From an uncultured Alphaproteobacteria bacterium (GTDB lineage: Bacteria > Pseudomonadota > Alphaproteobacteria > CAAGCB01 > CAG-977): DNA of 64,000 nucleotides. The stretch is from positions 85,978 to 149,977 of the forward strand of contig CALDOX010000001.1 in NCBI GenBank assembly GCA_937912005.1, given 5' to 3'. Both the position numbers and the translations under genes were made by a program. Numbering within the stretch: the stretch's first letter is position 1; each line of letters begins with the position of its first letter. Below the pieces are notes generated by a model. The model made no database searches. It saw nothing but the letters and a program-made list of their open reading frames with translations, and was not told the origin of the DNA. Shown in pieces: positions 40,580 through 51,625 of the stretch.

Positions 40580-40609
40580 AATATCCTCTGGATGAAAAAA
40601 GGGTTCAGG

Positions 40610-41131
40610 CTAAAATTCCAATCGTATTTTCAACAAAACGGCGTCTGTACGCAAGTCGGATTTTTCATTAAACTTTTTGATGTCTTTGGAAGATTGGATG
40701 TGTTTGTATTCCAAGCCTAAATTGATAATGCCGATACCGTATTCCACGCCAAGCATCCCTTGATAAACAGGCGTTGTTTTGCTTTTGACGGAGGCATATC
40801 CGGCTCCTGCGCCCGCATAGAGGCCGATTACCGGAATACGGGCGAAGGCATTTACAAAAGCGGCGTCTGTCGTCATATGGCTGTCTGCTTTTTTCATTTT
40901 TGTCCTGTTGTGCAATCCTTCGATTTCAACGCGTACGATCGGGAAAGCATATCCGACGGATGCGGATAACAGTGAGGAATTGTCATATTTAAAATCAGCG
41001 TTTCCGAATGTTGTTTTACTGTCGTTATTAAAGCTCCATCCGAAACCGCCGGAAACATACATACCGGCCTGAGCCGTTGACGTTAAAAGTAAAAAAGCCA
41101 GGATTAAAAAAAAGTTTTTCATGAAAAACAC
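40610..41131 (-). CDS. Outer-membrane beta-barrel protein (Omp25/OmpA-like porin family)
   Basis: Signal peptide ending AQA, alternating amphipathic strands, C-terminal F. Confidence 0.55.
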   Translation of the reverse strand: MFFMKNFFLILAFLLLTSTAQAGMYVSGGFGWSFNNDSKTTFGNADFKYDNSSLLSASVGYAFPIVRVEIEGLHNRTKMKKADSHMTTDAAFVNAFARIPVIGLYAGAGAGYASVKSKTTPVYQGMLGVEYGIGIINLGLEYKHIQSSKDIKKFNEKSDLRTDAVLLKIRLEF

Positions 41132-41153
41132 TCCGTTTTATAAAAGACGTTTT

Positions 41154-41954
41154 TCAGTTTAATCCCAAAACATCAGACATTGTATATAAATTTTTGGCTT
41201 TTCCCTGTCCCCATAAAGCGGCGCGGATGGCTCCGTCCGCAAATATTTCCCGGGAGGACGCTTTATGAGTCAATTCGATGCGTTCGCCCAATCCGGCAAA
41301 AACAACCGTGTGATCACCGACTACGTCTCCGCCGCGCAAAGCCGCAAAGCCGATTTCTCCCGTCGGACGGACGCCCGTATTGCCATGACGTTCATAACGG
41401 GCTGTGTCATTTAAAGTTGTCTGCCGTCCTTCGGCGGCGGCTTTTCCCAAACCTAACGCCGTTCCGGAAGGAGCGTCCGCTTTGTTGCGGTGATGCATTT
41501 CAACGATTTCAATATCATAAGACGGATCCAAAATTGCGGCGGCTTTTTTGACTAAGGAAAACAACAAATTGACGCCGACGCTCATATTCGGGGAAGCGAT
41601 AATCACCGTTTTTTCAGCGCATTTTTTCAGAAAATCCATTTGTTCCGCCGTCAATCCCGTCGTGCCGGTGACTAAAATTTTACCCGTTTCGGCGGCGATT
41701 TTCGCATGTTCGATCGTTGCGGCGGGCGCGGTGAAGTCAATTACGGCATCACTGGCTTCAAACAGTTCAAACGGATAAGCCGTCACAGTTAAATTCAACG
41801 GCCGCACACCGATGATTTCACCGATATCACGGCCGATAAAGCCGCTTTCCCGACGTTCCGAACCGCCGGATAATTCACATTCTTTGTTTGTTAAAATGCG
41901 GTTGAGCAGCATTTTGCCCATTCTGCCCGCGCAGCCCGTTACGCCTATTTTCAT
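41154..41954 (-). CDS. dapB: 4-hydroxy-tetrahydrodipicolinate reductase
   Basis: MKIGVTGCAGRMG NAD-binding N-terminus. Confidence 0.9.
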   Translation of the reverse strand: MKIGVTGCAGRMGKMLLNRILTNKECELSGGSERRESGFIGRDIGEIIGVRPLNLTVTAYPFELFEASDAVIDFTAPAATIEHAKIAAETGKILVTGTTGLTAEQMDFLKKCAEKTVIIASPNMSVGVNLLFSLVKKAAAILDPSYDIEIVEMHHRNKADAPSGTALGLGKAAAEGRQTTLNDTARYERHGNTGVRPTGEIGFAALRGGDVVGDHTVVFAGLGERIELTHKASSREIFADGAIRAALWGQGKAKNLYTMSDVLGLN

Positions 41955-41981
41955 TTTAATCAACCTTTCCTGTTTATGCGC

Positions 41982-43121
41982 TTATTTCAGCAAGTCTTTG
42001 ATTTTTTCAAAAAATCCGTTGGATTCCGGACTGCTTTCTTCTTCAAATTGTTTCAGCAGTTCTTTTTGTTTTGCCGTCAGTTTTGTCGGCGTTTCGACTT
42101 TGAACCGCACGAACAAATCGCCCAACCCTTTGCTTTGCAGAACGGACATACCTTTCTTGCGTAAGCGGACTTCGTCGCCGGATTGCGTTCCCGCGCTGAT
42201 CGTGACTTTTTCTTTTGTGCCGTCGATGCAGGGGATTTCAATCGTTCCGCCCAAAGCCGCCGTAACCATAGAAACGGGAATGTCGCAATACAAATCCGTC
42301 GCTTCCCGTTTAAACAAAGCGTGCGGTTTGACGTGTACGAAAATATATAAATCGCCGTTCGGGCCGCCGTTCAAACCGGCTTCGCCCTGTCCGGCCAACC
42401 GCATCCTGTTTTCGGAATCAATGCCGGCCGGAATATTGACTTCCAACACTTTCTTTTGAGAAACTTTGCCGGTTCCTTTGCATTTTTTGCAAGGATTTTT
42501 AATGACTTTTCCCGTGCCGTGACAAGTCGGGCACATTCTTTCTTCAATGAAAAAGCCGGATTGCCGACGCACGCGTCCCGAACCGTGACACATGTCGCAA
42601 GTTTCCGCTTTCGATCCTTTTTCGGCGCCTGTTCCGTCGCATTCGTCGCAGCGAACGGCTGTTTGAATTTCAATTTCTTTTTTCAGGCCGGTATAGGCTT
42701 CTTCCAAAGAAATTTCCAAATCATAGCGAATATCCGCGCCACGCTGTCCCTGCTGGGAAGTTCTTCCCCGTCCGGCGGCCGCTCCCATAAATTCGCTGAA
42801 AATATCGTCAAAGATACCGCCAAAGCCGCCTGCGCTGCCAAAGCCGAAATTAAATCCGCCGAATCCGCCTCCAAACCCGCCGGTTCCGCCGCCCTGAGCA
42901 AACGCCGCATGACCGTATTGATCATAAGCGGCGCGTTTTTGGCCGTCTTTCAGGACTTCATAAGCTTCGGTTACTTCTTTGAATTTCAGTTCGGCCTCTT
43001 TATCTCCGGGGTTGCGGTCGGGGTGGTATTTCATTGCCAAAGAACGGTATGCTTTTTTAATTTCAACGTCTGAAGCTTCTTTGGTGACGCCTAAAAGCTC
43101 ATAATAATCCTGTTTAGCCAT
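41982..43121 (-). CDS. dnaJ: Chaperone DnaJ
   Basis: J-domain with HPD, G/F region, four CxxCxGxG zinc-finger repeats. Confidence 0.95.
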   Translation of the reverse strand: MAKQDYYELLGVTKEASDVEIKKAYRSLAMKYHPDRNPGDKEAELKFKEVTEAYEVLKDGQKRAAYDQYGHAAFAQGGGTGGFGGGFGGFNFGFGSAGGFGGIFDDIFSEFMGAAAGRGRTSQQGQRGADIRYDLEISLEEAYTGLKKEIEIQTAVRCDECDGTGAEKGSKAETCDMCHGSGRVRRQSGFFIEERMCPTCHGTGKVIKNPCKKCKGTGKVSQKKVLEVNIPAGIDSENRMRLAGQGEAGLNGGPNGDLYIFVHVKPHALFKREATDLYCDIPVSMVTAALGGTIEIPCIDGTKEKVTISAGTQSGDEVRLRKKGMSVLQSKGLGDLFVRFKVETPTKLTAKQKELLKQFEEESSPESNGFFEKIKDLLK

Positions 43122-43154
43122 ATTCGTAAAAGCCTTATCCTAAGTATGCAAAAA

Positions 43155-43188
43155 CCGTCCGGAGGGGAATTTTTCCTCTCCGAACGGT
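43155..43188 (-). other. Imperfect hairpin in the dnaK-dnaJ intergenic region (possible attenuator)
   Basis: CCGTCCGGAGGGG...CCTCTCCGAACGG inverted repeat with mismatches. Confidence 0.25.
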
Positions 43189-43204
43189 TATATATCAGAA
43201 AAGA

Positions 43205-45121
43205 TTAGTCTTTTTTGACTTCTTCAAAATCAGCATCAACAACGCCTTCATCAGGTTTTGCTTCGGCGGATGCCGATGCATCAGCTTCCGGCTGCGATCC
43301 GGCGGAAGCGCCGGCCTGCTGCGCTTTATACAACGCCTCGCCGATCTTCATGGAAGACTGCATCAACGCTTCGGATTTCGCATTGATCGTCGCGACATCG
43401 CCTGATTCCAGAACGTCCTGCAACGCTTTAATATCAGCTTCGACTTTTTCTTTGTCGGAAGCGGAAACTTTATCGCCTAAGTCCTTGAGGTTCTTTTCCG
43501 TTGTGTGAATCAATGTTTCAGCTTTATTTTTCGCTTCGACGGCTTCTTTTTTCTTTTTATCTTCGGAAGCATGAGCCTCGGCATCTTTGACCATTTTGTC
43601 AATATCGGCTTCGCTCAATCCGCCGGAAGACTGAATCCGGATTGTCTGTTCTTTTCCGGTCGCTTTGTCTTTGGCGGAAACGTTCACAATGCCGTTTGCG
43701 TCAATATCGAAAGTGACTTCAATCTGCGGCATGCCGCGCGGCGCGGCCGGAATACCCACCAAATCAAATTGACCGAGCAGTTTATTATCCGCCGTCATTT
43801 CGCGTTCGCCCTGGAACACACGAATCGTCACGGCTGTCTGTCCGTCTTCAGCGGTTGAGAAGACTTGAGATTTACGCGTCGGAATCGTCGTGTTGCGGTC
43901 GATCAAACGGGTGAACACGCCGCCAAGCGTTTCAATACCCAAAGATAACGGCGTAACGTCCAGCAGCAGAACGTCTTTCACGTCGCCTTTCAAAACGCCG
44001 CCCTGAATCGCCGCGCCCAAAGCGACGACTTCATCGGGGTTTACACCTTTGTGCGGTTCGCGGCCAAAGAATTCTTTGACGATTTCCTGAACTTTAGGCA
44101 TACGGGTCATACCGCCGACCAAGATGACTTCGTCAATGTCGGAAGCTTTTAAGCCGGCGTCTTTTAACGCTTTTTCGCACGGAACTTTGGTGCGTTCCAA
44201 CAAATCTTCAACCAGAGATTCCATTTTCGCGCGCGTCAGCTTGACGTTTAAATGCTTCGGTCCGCTCGCGTCCGCCGTAATGAACGGCAGGTTGATTTCC
44301 GTTTGCTGTGCGGAAGACAATTCGATTTTGGCTTTTTCGGCGCCTTCTTTCAAACGCTGCAGAGCCAATTTATCCTGCCGCAGATCGATGCCTTGTTCTT
44401 TCTGAAATTCATCGGCCAGATAGTTGATAATGCGCGCGTCAAAGTCTTCGCCACCCAGGAATGTATCGCCGTTTGTGGATTTTACTTCAAAAACGCCGTC
44501 GCCGATTTCCAGAATGGACACGTCGAACGTGCCGCCGCCCAAGTCGTAAACCACAATCGTACCGCTGGCTTTTTTATCCAAACCGTAAGCCAAAGCTGCC
44601 GCAGTCGGTTCGTTGATGATGCGCAGAACTTCCAAACCGGCGATTTTGCCCGCGTCTTTCGTCGCCTGACGCTGAGAGTCGTCAAAGTAAGCCGGAACCG
44701 TGATGACGGCCTGCGTAACGGGTTCACCTAAGTAAGCTTCGGCGTCTTCTTTTAATTTCTGCAGAATAAAAGCGGAAACCTGACTGGGAGCGTATTTTTT
44801 ATCGTGCGCTTCTACCCAGGCATCGCCGTTTTCGCCGGAAATAATATGATACGGCACTAACGTTTTGGCTTTTTCAACCTGCTTATCCGTAAAACGACGA
44901 CCGATCAGACGTTTAATTGCAAAAAACGTTCCTTCCGGATTGGTAACAGCTTGGCGTTTGGCCGACTGTCCGACCAGCCTTTCTCCGTTTTGCGTGAATG
45001 CGACCATTGACGGAGTTGTGCGGGCGCCTTCTGCGTTTTCGATCACGCGGGCGTCTTTGCCGTCCATAATGGCGAAACAAGAATTTGTTGTTCCTAAGTC
45101 AATTCCTATAACTTTTCCCAT
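43205..45121 (-). CDS. dnaK: Chaperone DnaK (Hsp70)
   Basis: GIDLGTTNS and DLGGGTFD signatures. 638 aa. Confidence 0.97.
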   Translation of the reverse strand: MGKVIGIDLGTTNSCFAIMDGKDARVIENAEGARTTPSMVAFTQNGERLVGQSAKRQAVTNPEGTFFAIKRLIGRRFTDKQVEKAKTLVPYHIISGENGDAWVEAHDKKYAPSQVSAFILQKLKEDAEAYLGEPVTQAVITVPAYFDDSQRQATKDAGKIAGLEVLRIINEPTAAALAYGLDKKASGTIVVYDLGGGTFDVSILEIGDGVFEVKSTNGDTFLGGEDFDARIINYLADEFQKEQGIDLRQDKLALQRLKEGAEKAKIELSSAQQTEINLPFITADASGPKHLNVKLTRAKMESLVEDLLERTKVPCEKALKDAGLKASDIDEVILVGGMTRMPKVQEIVKEFFGREPHKGVNPDEVVALGAAIQGGVLKGDVKDVLLLDVTPLSLGIETLGGVFTRLIDRNTTIPTRKSQVFSTAEDGQTAVTIRVFQGEREMTADNKLLGQFDLVGIPAAPRGMPQIEVTFDIDANGIVNVSAKDKATGKEQTIRIQSSGGLSEADIDKMVKDAEAHASEDKKKKEAVEAKNKAETLIHTTEKNLKDLGDKVSASDKEKVEADIKALQDVLESGDVATINAKSEALMQSSMKIGEALYKAQQAGASAGSQPEADASASAEAKPDEGVVDADFEEVKKD

Positions 45122-45173
45122 AAAAAAGACCTCTTTTCGTTTTAAATTTTGCCGGTTCCGGCTTTTTGTCGCT

Positions 45174-45206
45174 GTCTATATAGGCGCGTTGTTCCGTTTT
45201 CGCAAG
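45174..45206 (-). promoter_or_regulatory. RpoH (sigma32)-type heat-shock promoter upstream of dnaK
   Basis: Minus strand CTTGCG-N-CCTATAT, matching the alphaproteobacterial CTTG-N17-18-CYTATNT consensus. Confidence 0.4.
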
Positions 45207-45288
45207 CGGCGAAAACAATTTTTTTACAAAAAATTTTTTAAGGGACTTTTTTATCGGCATCGGGTATGATGCTTTAGAATGTTTTTTT

Positions 45289-46359
45289 ATGTGCGGGATG
45301 CCGGAAATGAAAGAAAAAATTCGTCAGACAATCCAAAGTGTTAAAGAAAAAATATCAAAGGAATATTTTCCTTCGGCAAAAACGCGGGTCGTGCGGCTTT
45401 ATGATGCGGGACGCGTTTTTTTTAAAAAAGGGAAAGAGCGTTTGCCCGAATGGAAAAACAAGGCGGCTGCTTTTGTTTTGAAATGGTGGCATCTGGCGGT
45501 AGGCGCTCTGTTCGCCTTTTTGGTGCTGTATTATCCGACGGGAGCTTTTTTGACGCATCATATTGATGTTAATCCGGATTTTTCTTCTTCTCGTTCGGAT
45601 GATCCTGCGCTGCCGGGGACAATGTCCGCTTTAATCGGGCGGGAAATCACAACTCATACGTTTACGCCGAATAAACCTTTTTTTTATCCGGCCGCCGTAT
45701 TGGATGACATGCCCGCTTTTCAGACAGGGATAATGACGGGTATCCTAAACACTGTTCGTATTTTAAGTGTTGTTAACGCGCAGTCGGAAATGCTGACGGA
45801 TGCGGCGGAACGTCTGACGTATCCGATGGATATATGGCATATCGAAAATTGGAAGCCGGCCGTTTCCTCCGTTAAAAAATACAAAAAAGCACAAAATTTG
45901 TTGTCGGCGTATCAAAAAAATGCAGCGGAAGGGAAGGAAGCATACAATCGTTCTGCGGAGGCTATGCGTTCCATTGTGGAACAAATAATACAGGATACGG
46001 AATATATGACGGATCTTTTGGATTCCACCGTGCGTTCCGGCGCTAAAAAAGTATGGTATCTTAAGGCGGATGACCGGTTTTATGCGGTTAAAGGATGGGC
46101 GTATGTTTATCTTTTGGTTCTGCGCGATTTGAAAAAGGATTTTGCGGATGTATTCGCCAATGAAAAGCTGGAACAATATCGTCGCAATGCGGAATCGTTT
46201 TTGCGGCAGGCGGTTCTTTTGCGTCCCGTTTTCGTCGCGAACGGTTCTCCGGAATCTCAAATGGTGCCGAATCATTTGCTGAACGTTGGATTTTATTTAT
46301 CCAGAGCCGTTTTGGAACTGAAAGAACTGGAAAATACAATGCAGGACGAAAATGAATAA
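45289..46359 (+). CDS. Hypothetical membrane-anchored protein (possibly DUF2333-like)
   Basis: 356 aa with a single N-terminal TM. Translationally coupled to the downstream glucosaminidase-like gene. Confidence 0.4.
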   Translation: MCGMPEMKEKIRQTIQSVKEKISKEYFPSAKTRVVRLYDAGRVFFKKGKERLPEWKNKAAAFVLKWWHLAVGALFAFLVLYYPTGAFLTHHIDVNPDFSSSRSDDPALPGTMSALIGREITTHTFTPNKPFFYPAAVLDDMPAFQTGIMTGILNTVRILSVVNAQSEMLTDAAERLTYPMDIWHIENWKPAVSSVKKYKKAQNLLSAYQKNAAEGKEAYNRSAEAMRSIVEQIIQDTEYMTDLLDSTVRSGAKKVWYLKADDRFYAVKGWAYVYLLVLRDLKKDFADVFANEKLEQYRRNAESFLRQAVLLRPVFVANGSPESQMVPNHLLNVGFYLSRAVLELKELENTMQDENE

Positions 46360-47281
46360 AAAGGCGCTTTATCTTCTGATTGCTGTCATTTTTTTCTCCG
46401 CTGTGGCGGGAATCGGTTATTATCTGTATTTCAGAAACGATTTGCCGGCTGTTTGGGAAACAGAAGAAGGCTTGTTTGTTTCGGCGGCAAAAACGGATCA
46501 GCTTCAGCGGTATTTCAAAAAAATCGGTTATAATATGCTGCCTCATCTGAAAGAAAAAAGGCCGTTGCCGCGTCTTTTCGTTCAATCTGTCCCGAAAGAT
46601 TTTAACAAAGAAAAATATGATGATGTTCGTCCGGCGCTGTTTTTTGAAATGATGACGCCGATTATTTTAAAAGCAAACGAAGTGTTGGCATCGGAACGTG
46701 AGCAAGTGCTTTCGCTGCGCAAAGAATTTGATGAAAACGGTGATTTGACCCCCGAATCCATGGAAGAATTAAATAAATGGATTACACGCTACGATGTTAA
46801 GCCTTCGGATGACATAGATACTTTGTTCAACATCTTAATTCCCCGCGTGGACGGTGTGACGCCGACTTTGCTGCTGACAATGGCCGCGGAGGATTCAGGT
46901 TTCGGAACCAGCCGTTATGCACGGGAATACAATGCGGTTTTTAATCAAAGGGATTGGAACGGCAACGGGGCGATTCCGGATGAAAAGCAAAAAGAGGGTC
47001 CGCAATACCGCATTAAAATATTTCCGTCCTTGTATGAGGCGGTTGTAAGTCAAATTCATTACCTGAATACAAACGGCTATTTTGAAAATTATAGAATGGC
47101 ACGGGCAAAATACAGACGGTCTCGTAATTTGATGCGAGGGTATTCTGTAGCCCATTTATTAATAAATTTCCCCTATCGTCCGATGAAATATCCTGATATT
47201 ATCAAACACTTAATATTGCAGTATGAAATAACGCCGTTGGATTCACAAATTTTGGAATCTGTGAAAACGACGACAGAATAA
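46352..47281 (+). CDS. Glucosaminidase-domain protein (Bax/FlgJ-like)
   Basis: N-terminal TM. AAEDSGFGTSRYA resembles the glucosaminidase AxESGWGxSxxA motif. Confidence 0.5.
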   Translation: MNKKALYLLIAVIFFSAVAGIGYYLYFRNDLPAVWETEEGLFVSAAKTDQLQRYFKKIGYNMLPHLKEKRPLPRLFVQSVPKDFNKEKYDDVRPALFFEMMTPIILKANEVLASEREQVLSLRKEFDENGDLTPESMEELNKWITRYDVKPSDDIDTLFNILIPRVDGVTPTLLLTMAAEDSGFGTSRYAREYNAVFNQRDWNGNGAIPDEKQKEGPQYRIKIFPSLYEAVVSQIHYLNTNGYFENYRMARAKYRRSRNLMRGYSVAHLLINFPYRPMKYPDIIKHLILQYEITPLDSQILESVKTTTE

Positions 47282-47294
47282 TTTTTTAGGACGA

Positions 47295-48422
47295 TTGATG
47301 TCAGCAAAAGTTATTTTAAAAAAAAATCCGGATCGTTCGGCGGAAATTTCTTTTTCCGGAATATGGAAATTGAATGCGCCCGCAGAAAATAATGCGACGG
47401 TTCTCGCGGCATTCAAAAATCCTGATTTTGATCGTCTGCTGTTGAATGGTCGGGATATTGCGCAATGGGACAGTCGATTAACGGCGTTTGTAGTTCATCT
47501 TGCCGGAATATGCAAAGAGAAAAATATTTCCTATTATTTTAAGGATTTCCCGCAGGGCGCAGAGGCGCAGGTCGTTTTGGCGCTTGCTGTTCCGGAACAT
47601 ACGAATCCTGTTCAAACGGTTTATCGGGAGTCTTTTTTAACAGTTTTGGGAAATGTTGTTTTGCGGTTTTGGGAAAAAACCAAAAGTGTAAGTCGTTTTT
47701 CCCGTCAAATATATGAATCGTTTAAACGTCTTGTGTCCCGCCGCGCGGTCGTGCGTAGAAAAGATATTTGGCTTGAAATGCAGCATGCCGGAGCTGAAGC
47801 GTTCGGAATAGTTTCTTTGATTTGTTTTCTGGTCGGGCTGATTTTGGCTTTTGTCGGTTCGATCCAGTTGAAATTGTTCGGCGCTCAAATTTATGTGTCA
47901 AGCCTTGTTGCCATTGCCGTTACCCGTGTGATGGGCGCTATTATGAGCGGTGTGATTATGGCCGGTCGAACCGGGGCGTCTTATGCGGCGACGTTGGGAT
48001 CAATGCAGGTGAACGAAGAAGTTGATGCGTTGAAAACGATGGGGATTTCTCCGTTTGAGTTTCTGGTGCTGCCTCGCGTGTTGGCTTTGTCTTTGATGAT
48101 GCCGTTATTGGTTGTTTACGCGGATTTGATGGGGATATTAGGCGGCGCTTTTGTCGGGCTTTTTATGTTGGGATTGTCGCCGGAAGACTATATCCGTATG
48201 ACGATGAAAGCGTTATTGATGCGCAATATTATCATCGGCATTGTTCATGGCGCCGTTTACGGTGTGATTATTGCTGTTTGCGGATGCTATCAGGGAATTA
48301 ATTGCGGTCGGAACGCTTCTGCCGTCGGAACGGCAACAACTTCCGCCGTGGTCTATTCAATCGTCTGGATGACGATCGCGACGGCTTTTCTGACGTTTAT
48401 TTTCAGCGTATGCGGAGTGTAA
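47295..48422 (+). CDS. MlaE-family ABC transporter permease with an N-terminal STAS-like extension
   Basis: MAGRTGASYAATLGSMQVNEEVDAL matches the MlaE signature. Confidence 0.8.
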   Translation: MMSAKVILKKNPDRSAEISFSGIWKLNAPAENNATVLAAFKNPDFDRLLLNGRDIAQWDSRLTAFVVHLAGICKEKNISYYFKDFPQGAEAQVVLALAVPEHTNPVQTVYRESFLTVLGNVVLRFWEKTKSVSRFSRQIYESFKRLVSRRAVVRRKDIWLEMQHAGAEAFGIVSLICFLVGLILAFVGSIQLKLFGAQIYVSSLVAIAVTRVMGAIMSGVIMAGRTGASYAATLGSMQVNEEVDALKTMGISPFEFLVLPRVLALSLMMPLLVVYADLMGILGGAFVGLFMLGLSPEDYIRMTMKALLMRNIIIGIVHGAVYGVIIAVCGCYQGINCGRNASAVGTATTSAVVYSIVWMTIATAFLTFIFSVCGV

Positions 48423-48423
48423 A

Positions 48424-49179
48424 ATGACGGAAGCTTTTTTGGAAATTTCCGATTTTACGGTCGCGTATGATGAAAATGTCATTATGCATGATGTCAGCTT
48501 TACCGTGAATAAAGAAGACGTTTTTATCATTATGGGCGGCAGCGGCTGCGGCAAAAGTACGCTTTTATCCGTTTTAACGGGTTTAAAACAACCGGCAAAA
48601 GGAACGGAAACATTTGCCGGAAAGCCTTTTTGGGGAAAAGGCGCAACAAAAGAAAATCGGGACGCTTTGATGCGAAAAGCCGGGATTCTATATCAAAGCG
48701 GCGCTTTATGGTCGTCTATGACGTTGGCGGAAAATGTAGCGTTGCCTCTGGAGCAGTACACCGATTTATCGACTGAGGAAATAGAAGAAATTGTCGCTTT
48801 GAAACTGGATTTGGTCGGTTTGGGCGGATTCCAAAATTATTATCCGGCGGAAATCAGCGGCGGTATGAAAAAACGGGCGGGTTTGGCACGGGCACTGGCT
48901 TTGGATCCCGAAATCGTTTTTTTTGACGAACCTTCGGCAGGATTGGATCCGATCAGTTCTAAAAATCTGGACGATTTGATTTTACAGGTTAAAGATAATC
49001 TGCATACGACGATCGTTATGGTTACGCATGAGCTTCCTTCAATTTTTGCGGTCGGCACGAATTCGATTTATCTGGACGCATCATCGAAAACGATTATTGC
49101 CCGAGGCGATCCGAAAGAATTATTAAAAAATCCGCCGAACGAAACATTGAAGCATTTCTTAACTCGCGGAGAAAAATAA
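48424..49179 (+). CDS. MlaF-like ABC transporter ATP-binding protein
   Basis: Walker A GGSGCGKST, signature SGGMKKR, Walker B IVFFDEP. Confidence 0.85.
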   Translation: MTEAFLEISDFTVAYDENVIMHDVSFTVNKEDVFIIMGGSGCGKSTLLSVLTGLKQPAKGTETFAGKPFWGKGATKENRDALMRKAGILYQSGALWSSMTLAENVALPLEQYTDLSTEEIEEIVALKLDLVGLGGFQNYYPAEISGGMKKRAGLARALALDPEIVFFDEPSAGLDPISSKNLDDLILQVKDNLHTTIVMVTHELPSIFAVGTNSIYLDASSKTIIARGDPKELLKNPPNETLKHFLTRGEK

Positions 49180-49189
49180 GGAAAACGGT

Positions 49190-50020
49190 ATGGTTCAAAA
49201 ACAAGCAAATCCCAAATTAATCGGTTCTTTTATTTTAGCGGCTTTTTTTATTTTTATCGCTGTTTTTTTTATGATAAACAAAAACCGTTTTTTTTCACAT
49301 TCGATTAAGTATGTCCTTTATTTTCAGGGATCCATTAAAGGATTAAATGTCGGGTCTCCGGTTGTTTTCAATGGTGTTCCGATCGGTCGGGTTATCAGTA
49401 TTTCTTTGATTACCAATATCGAAACCATGGAAATCCAGACGCCGGTTTATATCGAAACAAACCAGAACAGTTTTGTTGTGACGAATACGCATGGCCGGTC
49501 TAAAAATGAGGTAAAGAAGTTTACGGACAAAATGATCGAAAAGGGATTGCGGGCAAAGCTGGAAAATCAAAGTCTGTTGACCGGGCAGATGATCGTTGCT
49601 ATGGGCTTTTATCCCGATACGCCGGTTGTTTTGCAGGAAAAGCAGACCAAAATTCTTGAAATTCCGACATTGCCCTCTACCAGTCAGGAAGTACTGAAAA
49701 CATTTCAAAAATTGCCGCTGCAGGAAACATTCGCAAATTTGAATCGGGTCTTAACCGAAACAATGCGCTTGGTTCAAACGGTCAATTCCGATTCTCCGAA
49801 AGTGATGAAGAATATAGTCGAAATTTCTTCAAATTTGGCCGATGTTTCCGAAAAAGCGGAAAAAGCGTTAAATTCATTCAATGAAGATTCAAGGACAATG
49901 ATGGATTTAAATAAAATGCTGCGCGATTTCAGTTCGGCAGCTCAATCTTTACGGAACTGGGCGGATTATCTGGAACGCCATCCCGAAGCGTTGTTAAGAG
50001 GAAAAGGGGGTATTCGATGA
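49190..50020 (+). CDS. MlaD/MCE-family substrate-binding protein
   Basis: N-terminal TM followed by an MCE domain (GSPVVFNGVPIGRV). Confidence 0.8.
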   Translation: MVQKQANPKLIGSFILAAFFIFIAVFFMINKNRFFSHSIKYVLYFQGSIKGLNVGSPVVFNGVPIGRVISISLITNIETMEIQTPVYIETNQNSFVVTNTHGRSKNEVKKFTDKMIEKGLRAKLENQSLLTGQMIVAMGFYPDTPVVLQEKQTKILEIPTLPSTSQEVLKTFQKLPLQETFANLNRVLTETMRLVQTVNSDSPKVMKNIVEISSNLADVSEKAEKALNSFNEDSRTMMDLNKMLRDFSSAAQSLRNWADYLERHPEALLRGKGGIR

Positions 50021-50619
50021 AAAAATTTTTCGGTTTAACAGTGATTCTTTCTTTGTTGACAAGCGCTTGTGGTTTTTCAAGGCCGTCAACGTTTTATGTT
50101 TTGGACAGCAATGATCTGCCGGAACAAAGCATAACGCTGACCGATGCGAATAAAATGCTGATCGGGATTGAACCGGTTTTTCTTCCGACATACCTGGATA
50201 AGCCTCAGATTATCATTCGACAGCCGGATTCCGTAACATTGACGGCTTCGGAATTTAACCGTTGGGCCGAACTGTTGTCTGATGTCTTCCCGCGCGTTTT
50301 GGCTGACGCCATTTCCAAAAACATGGGATATCCGGCCGCTAAACAGATCAATCTGAACAGAGATTTGTTCCCTTATCGTTTATATGTTGAAATTTTACGG
50401 TTTGATGCCGCTTTCGGAAAAGACGCTTTATTGGATACATGGTGGACAATTATGACAAACTCTGGCAATGTTATATACAGAACGCGTTCGGTTTTGATTG
50501 AACCGACCGGGGATGATTATGACAGCGTCGTTCAATCCGAACAAAAGCTGCTGCAAAAATTGGGGCAGGTCATTGCCGAGTATGCGAAAAAAAATTTGGA
50601 AAAAGGAAAAAATAAATGA
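50017..50619 (+). CDS. ABC-transport auxiliary lipoprotein (PqiC/DUF330-like)
   Basis: Lipobox LLTSACG. Translationally coupled to the MCE gene. Confidence 0.5.
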   Translation: MKKFFGLTVILSLLTSACGFSRPSTFYVLDSNDLPEQSITLTDANKMLIGIEPVFLPTYLDKPQIIIRQPDSVTLTASEFNRWAELLSDVFPRVLADAISKNMGYPAAKQINLNRDLFPYRLYVEILRFDAAFGKDALLDTWWTIMTNSGNVIYRTRSVLIEPTGDDYDSVVQSEQKLLQKLGQVIAEYAKKNLEKGKNK

Positions 50620-51587
50620 CGGGATTAAAACAAGGATTTGAACAGTCCGTTCCTGTTTGCAAAGCAGATGAGTTAAAACAAAATTTAAACCCGCCGTTTG
50701 AAATAGTCGGCGACGAAAACACGCAGCTTCGCATTACGGCGATGATTAATCAGATCGTTGAATCCGATACGGGGCGCCGAATGCTCGAGATTGCCAGCAA
50801 AGCCGGATATAAACTTGGCATGGAGTTCGGGTTCGGCTGTAACGGCGGATGCAATAAGGAAAAGAAAAATATTGTTTTAAATCCGGTCAGTCGGGACGAT
50901 GTACTGGTTGGCGTTTTGATTCATGAATGCCGCCATGCCGGTCAGTTTGAACGCGGCGAATACGATGCCAGCGATGATAAAAGGCCGCGCAACGAAACGA
51001 TTAAAACGAATGTGATGCGTACCCGCGCGGTTGAAGCCGATGCCCAGGCAACGGCAATTCAGGTTTTGGGTGAAATGATGGAAAAGGGCAACGAACAGCC
51101 TTTGTTTGCTTTTTGCCGTCAGCCGGACAATCAAGCGATCGGCAAGGCTTTTGAACGCGCTTTATATGAAGAAAATGCTTTGGAAAACGGGAAAGCCCGG
51201 ACGGCGGCTTTTTTGGCGTGGTATGAAAATGAACCGGTCAAAAAAGCTTATGATGAGGCTTATCAGGTCGAAATGATGACGAGACGCGAAGCGCGCGGCG
51301 ACAATAGAACGGATACATACGCTGTTTCTCAGCCGGCCGCAAAAATAGTGAAAGATTTGTGTTTAAACAATGACGGCAGCTGCTATTTTTCGGAAGATCC
51401 CAAGGTATTGGAAAGCGGGCATTATGTTGCGGTTCATAGAGAAACTGCCGAAAAAATCGGCGCATTGATCAGTCGGGCTCCGGCGGCAAAGAAAAGCGCG
51501 GAAAACATTCCGCCGTTTCATCAGTCCGTTCGGGACACTTTATCCGTGAAAATGATGCGGACGGCATTGGCAAAAAAGGAACGTTGA
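50616..51587 (+). CDS. Hypothetical protein with an HExxH motif (putative metallopeptidase-like)
   Basis: LIHECRHAGQFERGE contains HECRH. No other family assignment is possible by eye. Confidence 0.4.
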   Translation: MTGLKQGFEQSVPVCKADELKQNLNPPFEIVGDENTQLRITAMINQIVESDTGRRMLEIASKAGYKLGMEFGFGCNGGCNKEKKNIVLNPVSRDDVLVGVLIHECRHAGQFERGEYDASDDKRPRNETIKTNVMRTRAVEADAQATAIQVLGEMMEKGNEQPLFAFCRQPDNQAIGKAFERALYEENALENGKARTAAFLAWYENEPVKKAYDEAYQVEMMTRREARGDNRTDTYAVSQPAAKIVKDLCLNNDGSCYFSEDPKVLESGHYVAVHRETAEKIGALISRAPAAKKSAENIPPFHQSVRDTLSVKMMRTALAKKER

Positions 51588-51589
51588 TA

Positions 51590-51618
51590 AAAAAGCCTCT
51601 TGAACAGAGGCTTTTTTC
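51590..51618. terminator. Bidirectional rho-independent terminator
   Basis: AGCCTC-TTGAACA-GAGGCT followed by TTTTTT. Confidence 0.75.
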
Positions 51619-51625
51619 AGGTTGC

